Program-made: the position numbers and the translations under genes | Shown here: positions 1 to 12,701 of the stretch, piece after piece | Layout: every line of letters starts with the position of its first letter | How positions within the stretch are numbered: the first letter of the stretch is position 1 | Notes under the pieces: generated by a model | Databases searched by the model: none | Seen by the model: only the letters and a program-made list of their open reading frames with translations | Told to the model about the DNA's origin: nothing | DNA from: Octopus bimaculoides | Taxonomy: Eukaryota | DNA: 64,000 nt | NCBI RefSeq assembly: GCF_001194135.2 | Contig: NC_068988.1 | Span: 86,037,480-86,101,479 of the forward strand | Reading direction: 5' to 3'

Positions 1-200
1 GGGATGGTTAGGATTAGAATATAAGGTTTGGGTTAAGTTTTAAGATTGGGTTTCAGAGCCGGGTTAGGCTTTAGGTTTAGGGTTTAGGCTAATGGTTTAG
101 AGCTAGTGTCAGTGGTTAAGTTTAGGATATAGGATTTAGATTAGAGTTTAGGGCTAAGGTTCAGGATTAGAATTAGGGTTTAACTGTAATATCCGTATTT
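1..200 (+). repeat. Degenerate telomere-like (TTAGGG/TTAGGA-type) interstitial tract
   Basis: Irregular GGTTAG/TTAGGG/TTAGGA hexamer variants throughout (e.g. gggttaggct ttaggtttagggtttagg); truncated by the window start. Confidence 0.6.
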
Positions 201-1849
201 TTCAACGTAGAGTCCCTCCACCCAACAAAATTTTTTAAATGTTTAAAAAATTAGGGTAGGGTAAATTGAAATTTTGTTAAACTGTATCTCCATTATCGAA
301 AACGTAAGGATCTGAACAAATTTTAGAAGAAAAGGGAGGGTCTATGTATTCGACATGTCTGTTCCATTTGTGTTTCGGCCGAAAGTCTTGGAAAATAGAT
401 AATAGCATCATGCTAAAACATTGCTAATACGGTTTGTCGATTGCGGAAACTCCTACTTGGTTAGAATTATAAAGAGTTTCAATCTTTACAGTTCTTAACT
501 TCTTTATTATTAATTCCTCAAAAAACAAAATTCTTATAATTTTCGTAATTAGCATACAAAGCTACATCAGTGAAGAATTTTTCCATAAAACCGAGTTGTG
601 TAACATATATCAAAATTATTCCTTTTATTATTTCGGAGTCGTTAAAATAAAGTGCCAGCCAAGTAGTGGGGTCAGTGATATCGAATTACTCCTTCCCTAC
701 CGAAAACCTAAAAGATCCGATGAAAGACAAAAGGGGCGTGAGTAGGATTTGAACTCAGAACGTAAGAAGAGAAATATGCCACAAGACATCTTGTCCATCG
801 CTCCAATATCCTACTGCTACAGCAGTGAATAAAATTCTTACAAAATAAAATATAAGGATATATGCAGATTATTCGACGATGATGATTCATTTGTTCGATT
901 AAGATTAATTACCTGGACTTGAACTAAAGTGTAAGTGGTTGGATATTCCACAGACACATGTGCACTAAACGTAATACTCTAGCAGAATCAGCGTGACAGT
1001 ATGACACAAGGCTGTATTCTTTTAATAATCTACTCGACGGGTTTCAATACATTCTCCGTCAAACCAATTCATTCAGAAAGTATGAATTCAACAAGAAAAT
1101 GATATTTGTTCAAGATGCCATGCAGTGAGATCGAAACCAGGATCTTGTTATTGCGAAATGAACTTCTTAATCATTCTGCCATACTGTTCTTACTTCGGCA
1201 TATGTGTACCTTAAGTGAATGGCATTACTCTACACCGATGTAATTGTATAAGCTAAGAGTTAATTGTATAAATTAATAGTTATTTGCGCAGATGTGGACT
1301 TTCATGATAAGTGGTATATGAACAACCGATTGGACGCATATGTGTTTGTGTAATTTATCAGACGGATTAATAGATTTGCTCACATACACGTAGCAACTAG
1401 AATGTACTACCATGCTGGTGCTGTCCTTTCTCTCGACCCAAATGTGCCGCACCGGCTTAAGGATGAGAATGTTGAGCAGAATGCTTACTTCTGCTTGTGA
1501 CTACATAGGTACCTAAAACCATTATGGAATCCATGGTACATGTTACCAAACTATGCTAGCTCGCGAGTGATGTCTAGCTGAGCTTGAATTCTAAGGTGGA
1601 CGGCTTTGCTCCTATTCTCTCTCTCTATCTCTATCTCTCTCTATCTCCCTCACTCTCTCAGTGATGAAACAACTTCCAGCCATTTACATGGCTTGACCCT
1701 ATCACCTATACCCTTAGAAATATGTAAACCCGAGCCGTTGCCATAAATCCTCTATTGTTACTTCACAAAAATTTTCTGAGTAAAAACAAGTCTCCCACTT
1801 TTTCCAACTCTCTCGCTCTTTATCTCTCTCTCTCTCTCCCACTGTCTCT

Positions 1850-2208
1850 ATCTAACTATCTAACCATCTAGCAATTTATCTAACCACTTATCTATTTATC
1901 TATCTATCTATCTATATTGGTTTCAAATTTTGGCACAAGGCCATTAATTTCAGTGTAGTGGTAAAGTCGATTACATCCACTTCGGTTTTCAACTGGTACT
2001 AATTATATCGACCTCGAAGGGATGAAAGGCAAAGTCGAGCTCAGCGGAATTAGAACTCCGAACGTAAAGACGGATGAAATGTCGTTAAGAATTTTGCCCG
2101 GCATGCTAAGAATTCTGCTAGCTTGCCGCCTTACCTGTCTATCCATTTATCTATTTATCTATCTATCTATCTATCTAACGCTACGCGCCCATTTGCAAGT
2201 AAGTTTTG

Positions 2209-2253
<45 letters not shown>

Positions 2254-2323
2254 TCATAATACCATCTATCTATCTAACCATCTATACCATCTATCTATTT
2301 TCTATCTATCCAACCATATTGCC

Positions 2324-2371
<48 letters not shown>

Positions 2372-2650
2372 CACACCAATAATGAATACGTGCACATCAT
2401 CATAGACATAATGACCCGCCTTAGATACAACAGGATTTGTTTCAACATACGAGTTCATATGATGAATCTTGAGAACCAAATGCAAAAATGAAGTTTAACC
2501 TTCTATCTACGTATGAAACTATCCATCTACATTATCTAACCATCTGTCTATTTATCTATCGATCTATTTGTCTAACTATCCATTTAACCATCTACTTCTC
2601 AGTCTAAAAATCTATCTACCTATCAACCTTACCATCTATCTATTTGTCTA
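1850..2650. repeat. Compound (CTAT)n/(TA)n microsatellite region
   Basis: Multiple ctatctat runs and a (TA)n run at ~2209-2250, interrupted by a SINE. Confidence 0.85.
1915..2132 (-). mobile_element. tRNA-derived SINE, family D
   Basis: Reverse complement begins aaggcggcaagctagcagaa, has a B-box-like gagttctaattcc and ends ...ggccttgtgccaaaatttgaaacc; many sibling copies in the window. Confidence 0.8.
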
Positions 2651-3556
2651 TATGTCGGTCTGTCTGTATGTCTATATATTTATTTCAGAAGCAGAAGAAA
2701 AACAAAACGTTGTAATTGAATGGTGTCAACCATTTTGACCAATCGAAAACAAGGTGTTAAAAAATTGTTTTTAAAACAAATTTCAAGTATTTGTTTTCTC
2801 AGTTTTGTTTATTGTCAAAATACACATCAGTTCACATAATCAAACTGATTAAATTAAAACATTGGCGAAATTCCTCCTACTCACGTGATAATGCATGATT
2901 TGTCATCTGACACATGTTCATAATTTTAAATGTTCCTCTTCACTTGAGTTTATGCTCTAAAATCGAGGAACCGTATTACGCGCGCGCCCGCCCGCCCGTG
3001 TGTACGTGTATGTATAATGATTTCTAAGTTTAGCACAAGAGTATGTGCGGGTAGCTACTGTTGATCCTTCTGTAAGTTAATTTAGTCAAAAGTGGAAAGG
3101 ACAACAACAGTAACTGATTTCAATGGAGATATTCGAGACTGGTGAGATCGATGTTGAACTTCTATCGATTGGTACTTACAAGAAAATTTTGATCAGGTGT
3201 GGTGATTTCAGATATGGTGAGGATATGGCAGAGTTTTTATTGAGACAGTGTCTGGGTGGTGATACAGTAAGGGAGACAGAATAAGCAGAAATGTGCGAGT
3301 AATGTGGACTTGTGTGACACTGGTGCATGTGGTAAAGGTAGCCAGTTCAAAGAAGCAGCACGGTTATTGTAGCGATAAAAGAACCAAAGAGAGGAAGCGT
3401 CGTAACTATGACTCCTTTGGGCGAAGAACCAAAACACATACATTAAGTATGTGCAGTCGATAATGTTTACAACATTAGCGCTGCTTTTAATTTATTATTG
3501 AATTTAATCTTATGTATGCATCCCATCGCATACCAGCAAATAATGTTTACATTGTT

Positions 3557-3707
3557 TGTGTGGTAAGTAGCTTGCTTACCAACCACATGGTTCCGGGTTC
3601 AGTCCCACTGCGTGGCACCTTGGGCAAGTGTCTTCTACTATAGCTTCGGGCCGACCAAAGCCTTGTGAGTGGATTTGGTAGACGGAAACTGAAAGAAGCC
3701 CGTCGTA

Positions 3708-3740
<33 letters not shown>

Positions 3741-3966
3741 NNNNNNNNNNNNNNNNNNNNNNNNNNNCCACCATCGCTTGACAACCGATGCTGGTGTGTT
3801 TACGTCCCCGTAACTTAGCGGTTCGGCAAAAAGAGACCGATAGAATAAGTACTAGGCTTCCAAAGAAGATGTCCTGGGGTCGATATTTTCTCGACTAAAG
3901 GCGGTGCTCCAGCATGGCCGCAGTCAAATGACTGAAACAAGTAAAAGAGTAAAAGAGTAAAAGAGT
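3557..3966 (+). mobile_element. tRNA-derived SINE, family A (CORE-like centre, internal TA/TG microsatellite)
   Basis: tgtgtggtaag...ggttccgggttcagtccc (A/B-box-like), ccttgggcaagtgtcttct core and (gtaaaaga)n tail; nearly identical to 62623-63067. Confidence 0.85.
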
Positions 3967-4155
3967 CATAGACTGGCGATTCGATTCGTCTCCGGTTCAA
4001 CTCAACTGCGTGATACTGATAGGCCACAAAAAAAATGATGAAATATCGGTATCCATCACTGCTGAATGGGATTGGAGGTGAGTTGTCTCGCCTGTCTATG
4101 ACTTTCAGGTGTTTTAACACCTCGCGTCATGAGGAAGTCGTCCTCCAGGTGACCT

Positions 4156-4653
4156 CTTCTTTTAATTTTGACTCTATATCTTCTGGAGGAGTTACCTCAA
4201 TCCTTTATATATTAACCAAAATGAAGTAGATTGACAAAACTATTTATTGACCCTGTTGAAGATACACAAGATGTCGAAATATCGTTCACTAGAATGACAA
4301 TGGCACACTTCTTTTAATTTTGACTCTATATCTTCTGGAGGAGTTACCTCAGTCCTTTATATATTAATCAAAATGAAGTAGATTGACAAAATTATTTATT
4401 GACCCTGTTGAAGATACACAAGATGTCGAAATATCGTTCACTAGATGACAATGGCACTCTTGTTTCAATTTTGACTATATCTTCTGGAGGAGTTACCTCA
4501 ATCCTTTATATATTAACCAAAATGAAGTAGATTGACAAAATTATTTATTGACCCTGTTGAAGATACACAAGATGTCGAAATATCGTTCACTAGAATGACA
4601 ATGGCACTCTTCTTTTAATTTTGACTCTATATCTTCTGGAAGAGTTACCTCAA
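4156..4653 (+). repeat. Tandem array of ~151-bp units (3.3 copies), each full unit with a hammerhead-like motif
   Basis: Units start at 4156, 4308, 4459 and 4609 (cttcttttaattttgactctatatcttctgg...). The motif tgaccctgttgaagatacacaagatgtcgaaatatcgttca is identical at 4248-4288, 4400-4440 and 4549-4589. Confidence 0.9.
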
Positions 4654-5637
4654 GAAAGAATGGTGGCAGAGGACTAATTAGTATAGACCATTGTATAAGG
4701 AGTGAAAGGAGAACGCTTGCTGAGTATTTGATAAATAGTGATGAAGGCCTGCTGCAACATACTGCGAAAGATATGAGTGTAAATGCAGATGAAATGATGG
4801 CCAAGGAAGAGTTTAACCAAAGAGCTGAGGAGAAGAGAAAAGAGAACCTTCTTGAATTGAAGATGCATGGACAGTTTGAAAGGAATACACAAGAACGAGG
4901 TGATTTGAAGCGTACCACCGAAAGCCTGATCAGACTCCCGCTACCAATTCAGTGAAGTATAACATCTATAAAACTTCTGACACCCAGAAATTCAGACTCT
5001 GCGGAAAGAGTGTAGAAAAATGTGGCCTACTTGGTAAGTGGATGTGAGAGATTTGCACAAAAGAATACAAACGCCGCCACGATAAAGTGTGTATGTATCT
5101 TCATTGGCTCTTATGCCGTAAATACCAGTATGAAGTAACAGAGAACTGGTATGAGCGTGTACCAAGTAAAGTTATGCAGGCGGATGGGAAAGTAACGATA
5201 CTCTGGGACTATGATTTTCAGACGGATCGTGTAATGGAACACAGTCGGCCGGATATTGTCACATTGAATAAGAGACACAAATACTGTCAGGTCCTTGATG
5301 TAGCTATACCAAATGACAGGAATGTTGTGATTAAAGAGGTTGAAAAAACCACCAAGTACTTCGAACTGAAAGTGGAAATGGTATGACTGTATGGAATGCG
5401 AGAGGGTAATGTAAAAGGGATACCAGTGGTGATCGGAGCGCTGGGCTCAATCCCATTGAGACTTCAAAACTTCTTAAGGCAACTGGAAATCCCATGCAAG
5501 ATTGATGTCTTGCAAAAAGCAGCCTTATTGGGCACATCGCACATCTTAAGGAAAGTATTGTCTGTCCGAGGTCCTTGTTGTGACTTGACAGATGACTAAA
5601 GACTTCGGTGCATTTTTACCTACACTGTGTTAAGAAG

Positions 5638-5640
<3 letters not shown>
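4654..5640 (+). mobile_element. R4/Dong-clade non-LTR retrotransposon, 5'-truncated 3' part (thumb, CCHC knuckle, restriction-like endonuclease), frameshifted
   Basis: Translations KNGGRGLISID, KMHGQFERNT, LCGKSVENVAYLVSGC, ILWDYDFQTDRVMEHSRPDIV, LDVAIP, IPVVIGALGSIP, QKAALLGTSHILRKVL; ends at a (TAA)n tract. Confidence 0.85.

Positions 5641-5702
<62 letters not shown>
5640..5702 (+). repeat. (TAA)n microsatellite
   Basis: Pure taa run reaching an N-gap. Confidence 0.95.
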
Positions 5703-5868
5703 NNNNNNNNNNNNNNNNNNNNNNNNNNNNNNNNNNNNNNNNNNNNNNNNNNNNNNNNNNNNNNNNNNNNNNNNNNNNNNNNNNNNNNNNNNNNNNNNNN
5801 NNNNNNNNNNNNNNNNNNNNNNNNNNNNNNNNNNNNNNNNNNNNNNNNNNNNNNNNNNNNNNNNNNNN

Positions 5869-6182
5869 CAAAGACCTGGAAATAGAGGTAACGCGAATGT
5901 GGAATCTAAAAACAGAAACAATTCCTATTATAGTAGGTGCTTTAGGTATAATAAAAAAAATATTCAGACAAATACATAACAAAAACACCAGGACTTACAA
6001 ATATATATAACATACAGAAAATTACACTACTGGGTACTGCACACATCCTACGCAAAACACTTTCAATACAGTAACCATAAAAGCATCACAGCAAACCACA
6101 GCACATACCCAAGGCGCTCGGTAATGAAGTGAAAGCACGATATAAAAATAAAACTACTGAACAATAATAATAATAATAATAA
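5869..6182 (+). mobile_element. Second R4/Dong family, 3' end with 3' UTR and (AAT)n tail
   Basis: KDLEIEVTRMWNLKTETIPIIVGALGII and QKITLLGTAHILRK. The 3' UTR recurs inverted at 57645-57813 and 59235-59650. Confidence 0.8.
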
Positions 6183-7271
6183 TAGGACCTGGAAAGAAGG
6201 GATAGCTGGAGGAAAGGAAAGGAAAGCTGGTCCCGATCTAAAAACATGTAAAATGCAATATGAAAACATCTTTTGGTGAAAATACTACCATAAAATAAAA
6301 ATTGAAAGTAGTTGCATGACGGCATAGCTGGTGTATCCAGGAGACGTGGAATGCTTTTTGTCCCGTGTGGAGAATGTTGACGAACATCTTTCAGTACAGA
6401 CAGACTTCGGTATGAGCAGTTGCAAGTGCGCAGAGACGTGGAGTGCCCTAGCTTGATCTAACAAATGGGTTCTCACACTTTGTATGGTTACAAAACCCTA
6501 AATATGTGTACTCCTTACATATTTTATTCCTAATGTGTGTATTCTTTTGTAATTATTTATTTTATGTTCTCATATGTAGCACCAATTTTTGAAATGCCTC
6601 CTTTGTACAACGGCCCTGATACCTCCTTTTTCTATCACTCTTTTGTCCTACCGCACACGTTTACGTAAATCCCGTTTTAATACGTCATATTTTGTATGCA
6701 TGAATAATTATGTATCTAATTTCCCTTCGTGATTACAAAAAAAGAAAGTATTGAATTGACAGAATAGTTAGAGCGTAGTACAGTATTCAATTGCTGCTCT
6801 TTACGTTCCGAATTCCAATCCCACAGAAGTTGATTTTACCTTTCATTCTTCTGTGGTTGATAAGATTATTATCAAATTCTGGATCTATTTAATCGATTAA
6901 CCCTTTCCGCTGAAATTTCTGGCCTTCTGTCTGAGTTAAAAAGCAATATATTATGTTTTCATAGTTTTTGTTGCTTTATTTTATACGAACTATCCCATAT
7001 CTCACTCAGAAACCTCAAGTAATAGCAAGTTAGACGTTTTACTTTGACTATTATTTATGGGTAGCAACGATATATTTCAAGGAAAGGACACCAAATACTG
7101 ACAAGATTCCTTTAAAAGTTTATTGTAACGTTTGCAATTTTAAAAGATTTTAAGACTCAAACATTGTTTTTGTTTTTGTTTTTGTTTATTGTTAAAATGT
7201 GGGTTGTACCCATGGAAACAATTTTTTGTAGTTTTGATACTTTTTGGATTTCTTGGTATTTCATCACAGTA

Positions 7272-8440
7272 CAGGGTGTTAGGTCTAAATTTGAAGTTCG
7301 TTTAAATAAAAGAAAACAATATCCCATCCAAAAGTAAAAGTGAAAAATCAAAACAAATCAACTCGATTATGGCTTGAAGATAAGTCCTCTCAAAGTAGCC
7401 GCCCTCAGTTTCCATCACAGCTGCGATGTGGCTCTGGAACCTAGCAACTGCTTCCCTCATGTGTCCCTGGGAAGATCTTCGAACACCTCCTTGATCCTGG
7501 CCACCAGTTCAGCTTTGCTGTTGCTGGCAGCGCGGTTGGTGTCTTTCTCAAGCGCGCCCCACACGCAGTAATCCATAGGATTACAATCCAATGAATTAGG
7601 AGGCTAGAAATTAGATTTGGTTTAAGTCGTATAATTTTCCAACGACCACTTCTACCTCTTTCCGTTGTGGTAAGTAACCGAATACCACAACCACAAATAT
7701 GGTCTTCCAGCAGCAACCCTCTCCAGCCAGGAATTGACAAGAGTCTCCAGCAGCTTCACGTAGCCACCTGAGTTGAACCTGAGGCCCTATTCAAAGATGT
7801 GGGGCGATATGATGTCATCTTTACTGGAAACACCCAAAGGCCATAACAGTTTGGGTGAACTTGGTGTTTAAAATACGTGGAACATTACATGGATTCTAGG
7901 CAAGTCACTTGTTCTGGGTGTTGCGACACAGGTCCTGGCAGACTTTCTTTTCATCTGAGAAGAACCAAACCATCCCCGGACCAACAGGATGTCTCAGCTT
8001 GTTCAGGAGCTTCCTTACCTTTGTCAAGCGGTTTTCCTTGGCCTTGGCCGTCAGAATTTTCCCTTGTTCCTCTTGTACGAGTGCTAACGAGGGACTTCAT
8101 TCTTGGTTAGCTTCATGGTGGCGAATCCAACACCATCTCTCTTGTCAAAGCCTGGGTTCCCTTGCTCAGATCTTCCATCACCTCGTCCTGCAATTGATGG
8201 ATAAATTCCGGCGTGTGGACTCAGTCAGAACGCTTGTTGTATCCCTCCTTGCTGGCTACGACCTCGTAGTCTATGTTGCTGGGCAACATTCACAGAGTAT
8301 TGAGCAGTAGTCTTGGTGCCCGCAATTTGATACCCAGTGCGAGTCAGCCTGGTACAGGTAACTCTTTGTCAACATTCAGATGGCTTCCAGTCTTTCATGT
8401 TATCTAAATTTTTTGCGGCTACGACTTTAATCCTTATGCT
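7272..8440 (-). mobile_element. Degenerate Tc1/mariner (maT/DD37D-like) transposon
   Basis: Minus-strand translations GMVWFFSDEK, TKFTQTVMAFG, PPNSLDCNPMDYCVWGA, KAELVARIKEVFEDLPR; TA-cagggtg terminus at 7270-7278; many stops and frameshifts. Confidence 0.75.
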
Positions 8441-8450
8441 TTCTAACGAC

Positions 8451-8845
8451 TTGTTTCAGTCATTAGACTGCGGCCATGCTAGGGCACCAACTTGGAATTT
8501 TAGTCGAATGAATCGACCCCAGTACTTATTTTTTAAGCTTGGTACTTATTCTATCGGTCTCTTAGACCACACCGCTAAGTTACAGAGACGCAAACACACT
8601 AACACCGGTTGTCAAGCGGTAGTGGAAGGTACAAACACCAAGACAAACACACATAGAAATATATATATATATACATATATACACACACACGACAGGCTCT
8701 TTCAGTTTCCGTCTACTAAATCCACTTACAAAGATTTATAAAGCTACAGTGGAAGACACTTGCACAAGACGCCACGCAGTAGGATTGAACCCGGAACCAT
8801 GTGGTTGGGAAGCAAACTTCTTACCACACGGCCACGCCTGTGCCT
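8451..8845 (-). mobile_element. SINE family A
   Basis: Full-length reverse-complement match to 3557-3966; diverged but CpG-retaining. Confidence 0.85.
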
Positions 8846-9181
8846 GAATATAAACTCAGCAGAATAAAGCTGGTCTGCGATGCAGAAAAAATGTTGTGAT
8901 CTACTATTAAAACCTGTTATCTTCCATCCTCATGTTATATATATATATATTATTTATATTATTATTTGATTGAATGCCACGCATCCATTTCCAAGAAAGT
9001 TTATCTTAATCTTTTTGATGTGACACTAGTCTATACTGCTTTCTCCCCCTATCGCTTTCTCTCTCATCCTTTCTCTAATTCCCATTTTTTCTCCCCTTCA
9101 CCGTTTTCTATCTGTCTCTGTCTGTCTCTCTCTCTCCCTCTTTCTCCTTTACTCTCTCTCTCTCTCACTCTTTCTCCTTTA

Positions 9182-9216
<35 letters not shown>

Positions 9217-10364
9217 GTTGCTCACACGTGACCATCGTCCATCTTTCATTCCTCACGTGATTATCTTTCTTTTCTTTCAGGACTGTCCTTAAGACTGGAC
9301 GTAACCTATCGCTCTCTTCTATCTTTTCTCTTGTTAAAGAAAATGTTTCTCCAGCGTTCGCTATTTTACCCTCCTTCTGGTCTAATGACCCTCCATATTT
9401 GTTTTCGTTCGGTTTCCTTGTATGTCTCCACTGTCCTGTTTTTGTTCCCGACGTTGACCCTCCATAAATCCCAAATTTTATTTTGATATTTATGGGAGCA
9501 ACTGCCTTCGAAGTCTCATACTGTCGTTGAATGCTCGAAATGAGGAGTAGATAGACAGCCGACAACTAATGAAGGATCATTCTTTATGTTACTTGTCCTG
9601 TTTTCCATTTGTTTCTCTCGTTGTTCGCATATTGAACTCATTTGTTTTCGTATTTCATGTTGTTTACTGTTGCTGACGTCCTGTACACATATATGCATAT
9701 GTATGTATGCATGTATATATATNNNNNNNNNNNNNNNNNNNNNNNNNNNNNNNNNNNNNNNNNNNNNNNNNNNNNNNNNNNNNNNNNNNNNNNNNNNNNN
9801 NNNNNNNNNNNNNNNNNNNNNNNNNNNNNNNNNNNNNNNNNNNNNNNNNNNNNNNNNNNNNNNNNNNNNNNNNNNNNNNNNNNNNNNNNNNNNNNNNNNN
9901 NNNNNNNNNNNNNNNNNNNNNNNNNNNNNNNNNNNNNNNNNNNNNNNNNNNNNNNNNNNNNNNNNNNNNNNNNNNNNNNNNNNNNNNNNNNNNNNNNNNN
10001 NNNNNNNNNNNNNNNNNNNNNNNNNNNNNNNNNNNNNNNNNNNNNNNNNNNNNNNNNNNNNNNNNNNNNNNNNNNNNNNNNNNNNNNNNNNNNNNNNNNN
10101 NNNNNNNNNNNNNNNNNNNNNNNNNNNNNNNNNNNNNNNNNNNNNNNNNNNNNNNNNNNNNNNNNNNNNNNNNNNNNNNNNNNNNNNNNNNNNNNNNNNN
10201 NNNNNNNNNNNNNNNNNNNNNNNNNNNNNNNNNNNNNNNNNNNNNNNNNNNNNNNNNNNNNNNNNNNNNNNNNNNNNNNNNNNNNNNNNNNNNNNNNNNN
10301 NNNNNNNNNNNNNNNNNNNNNNNNCAAAAGACTGAAACAAATAAAAGAGTAAAAGAGTAAAAGA

Positions 10365-10423
<59 letters not shown>

Positions 10424-10425
<2 letters not shown>

Positions 10426-10570
10426 GGCTGTGTGGTAAGAAGCCTGGTTCTGAGTTCTGTGCTACTGCATGGCACCTTGGGCAAATGTCTTCTATTATAG
10501 CTTCGGGCAGACCAAAACGCTTTGAGTGATTTGGTAGACGGAAACTCAAAAAAGCCCGTCGAATAAAAGA
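10424..10570 (+). mobile_element. SINE family A, 5' half
   Basis: ggctgtgtggtaagaag...ggcaccttgggcaaatgtcttct...agacggaaact. Confidence 0.75.
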
Positions 10571-11440
10571 ATATATATACGTATATATATATATACATGT
10601 GTGGGTGTGGGTGTATACATACGTACACACACGCACACACACACACACACACGTATATATAGACGTTTGGGGCAGTCGGCTGTGGCCATGCTGAGTCATT
10701 GCCAGTGAAAAAGTGGCCAGCAAGTCGCTACCGAAAAATTTAAACCCGTACATCTCAAATTCCGGCTAAGTGCTCTGTACCATTAAACTAAGTGACACCT
10801 ACACGCATGCATTGTATGCACTATTGAATTTGTCTGTGTGTGTGTGTGTGTGTGTTCTTTCATTCTTTTAGTTGTATTACTCATTTGATAGCGACCACGC
10901 GGGAGCACCCCTTAAAGTGTTTTAGTCGAAGGAATCGACCCCAGGATTTATTCTTTGTAAGCCTATACATATGTATACACGCATGTATAACTGAATGCCC
11001 GTGTACATATAGTAGTGTGCGTGTGCTTATATATCAACGTCAAGCATATGACATATGCCTTCCTCTTTTTCTCTCTTACCTTACCATACCTATTTATTAA
11101 AATGAATGATTTTTGTTTTACCTGTCACTCAATGTGAAAAGCTATGGCAGCAGGAACAAACAACACTACCACCATCACTAACCAGTCAACCAGTCAACTA
11201 ACCAGCCACCGACGAACCGACCGACCGACCGACTGAGCAGCCAACCACCCAACCAACTAACCAACTAACTGCCGTAGACATAACGTCATCGACAGTGTCA
11301 AAGTCAGGTCTTCGAAGGCAATATAGCTTTGTTCAAGGACTTGTCCCCATTCCCAGGTATACCATAACCGCAATGGTTAAATTTATTGCCACCTGACAAT
11401 ATTTAAAACTAATAACGACACGCTATGCATGCTATATTAG

Positions 11441-11509
<69 letters not shown>

Positions 11510-11974
11510 AACACACACATATACACACACACGAGCGCACACACGCACGCACACATGCACGCACACACACACACACACACGCACACACACACACACGCAC
11601 ACACACACAGAGTAATTCTGTCTGAATAAGTTATGCGTGTGTGTGTGTGTGTGAGAAGGTTGTTGATATCCTGACTCTTCAGAACTGTATTTACGAGAGA
11701 GAGTCCGTCTGCCTGAGAATATGAATATTAATAATTCTTTTCCTTAAAGATGGGCGCTGACGTGGCTGTGTGGTTAAGAAGCTTGTTTTCCAGCGACGTG
11801 GTCTTAGGTTCAGTCCCACTGAGCAGTACTTAGGTCTGTATTCTTCTTCTACAGCTCCGTGATGACCTAAGCCTTATCAGTAAATTCGGATTCGGTGCAC
11901 GGAAACTAAAATAAACCTGCTGAGCATATATTTATATATATTAAGATGACAATATGCGTGTGCGTGTGTGTGTG

Positions 11975-12235
11975 TCAGTGTGAAACCCTAAAACTCGAGA
12001 ACTACGCAACCGATTTCATTCAAATTTTACACATGCCTTACTTAGAGCCCAGAGCAATCTGTTATCTCTTACACTAATGTGAGATACTTTCAGTTAATAG
12101 TTTTACTAGTAATACTGAAACTATTAAAGGGTGTAGTGGCGCGAAATTATACCCAGCATCATCATAAATAATGTCTCATCATATATAATGCTGTTAAAAG
12201 GTGATAGAGAGAGACTAAAGTCTCTATCACTACTA
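11975..12235 (+). mobile_element. Possible non-autonomous Helitron/Helentron-type fragment
   Basis: aactacgcaaccgatttcattcaaattttacaca motif after a (TG)n tract; terminal hairpin gtgatagaga...tctctatcac (12201-12230). Confidence 0.4.
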
Positions 12236-12382
12236 TCATACCTATTTATAAGGGAAACTATTATCTCTCATACATACATACATACATATAGTTGGAATTT
12301 ACCAAAAAAAAAACAACGGCAACAAAAGACGAAGACAAGTGTGTAACCAACAAACAGGTATATTAGTTTAACAGGTGAGAAA

Positions 12383-12420
12383 GTCTTTTATGCTTCGAGC
12401 CTACGCTCTTCAACAGAACG
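12383..12420 (-). ncRNA. Degenerate minimal hammerhead-like motif (PLE type)
   Basis: Reverse complement: gtt-CTGTTGA-A-GAGC-gtag-GCTC-GAAG-ca-TA-aaagac. Stem II is perfect; the core has substitutions. Confidence 0.4.
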
Positions 12421-12451
12421 GAACACGGGAATATATCTATCTATCTATCTG

Positions 12452-12499
<48 letters not shown>

Positions 12500-12646
12500 C
12501 ATCTGCGCATATGTATATATATAGATGTATATTTATAGATGTATAGTATACATGCATATGTATAGATGTATATGTATATGAATATATATACACAATAATA
12601 TATATAGATTTATATGTCTATATATGTATGTATATATATGTATATA

Positions 12647-12701
<55 letters not shown>

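Noticed and set aside
4156-4653. Repeat array as CRISPR-like or as a coding repeat
   Set aside because: Units are contiguous with no unique spacers, the context is eukaryotic, and all frames contain stops within a unit.
6185-6480. Possible L1/Tx1 C-terminal knuckle remnant
   Set aside because: Only a vague ECFL...EHL resemblance with stops; insufficient support.
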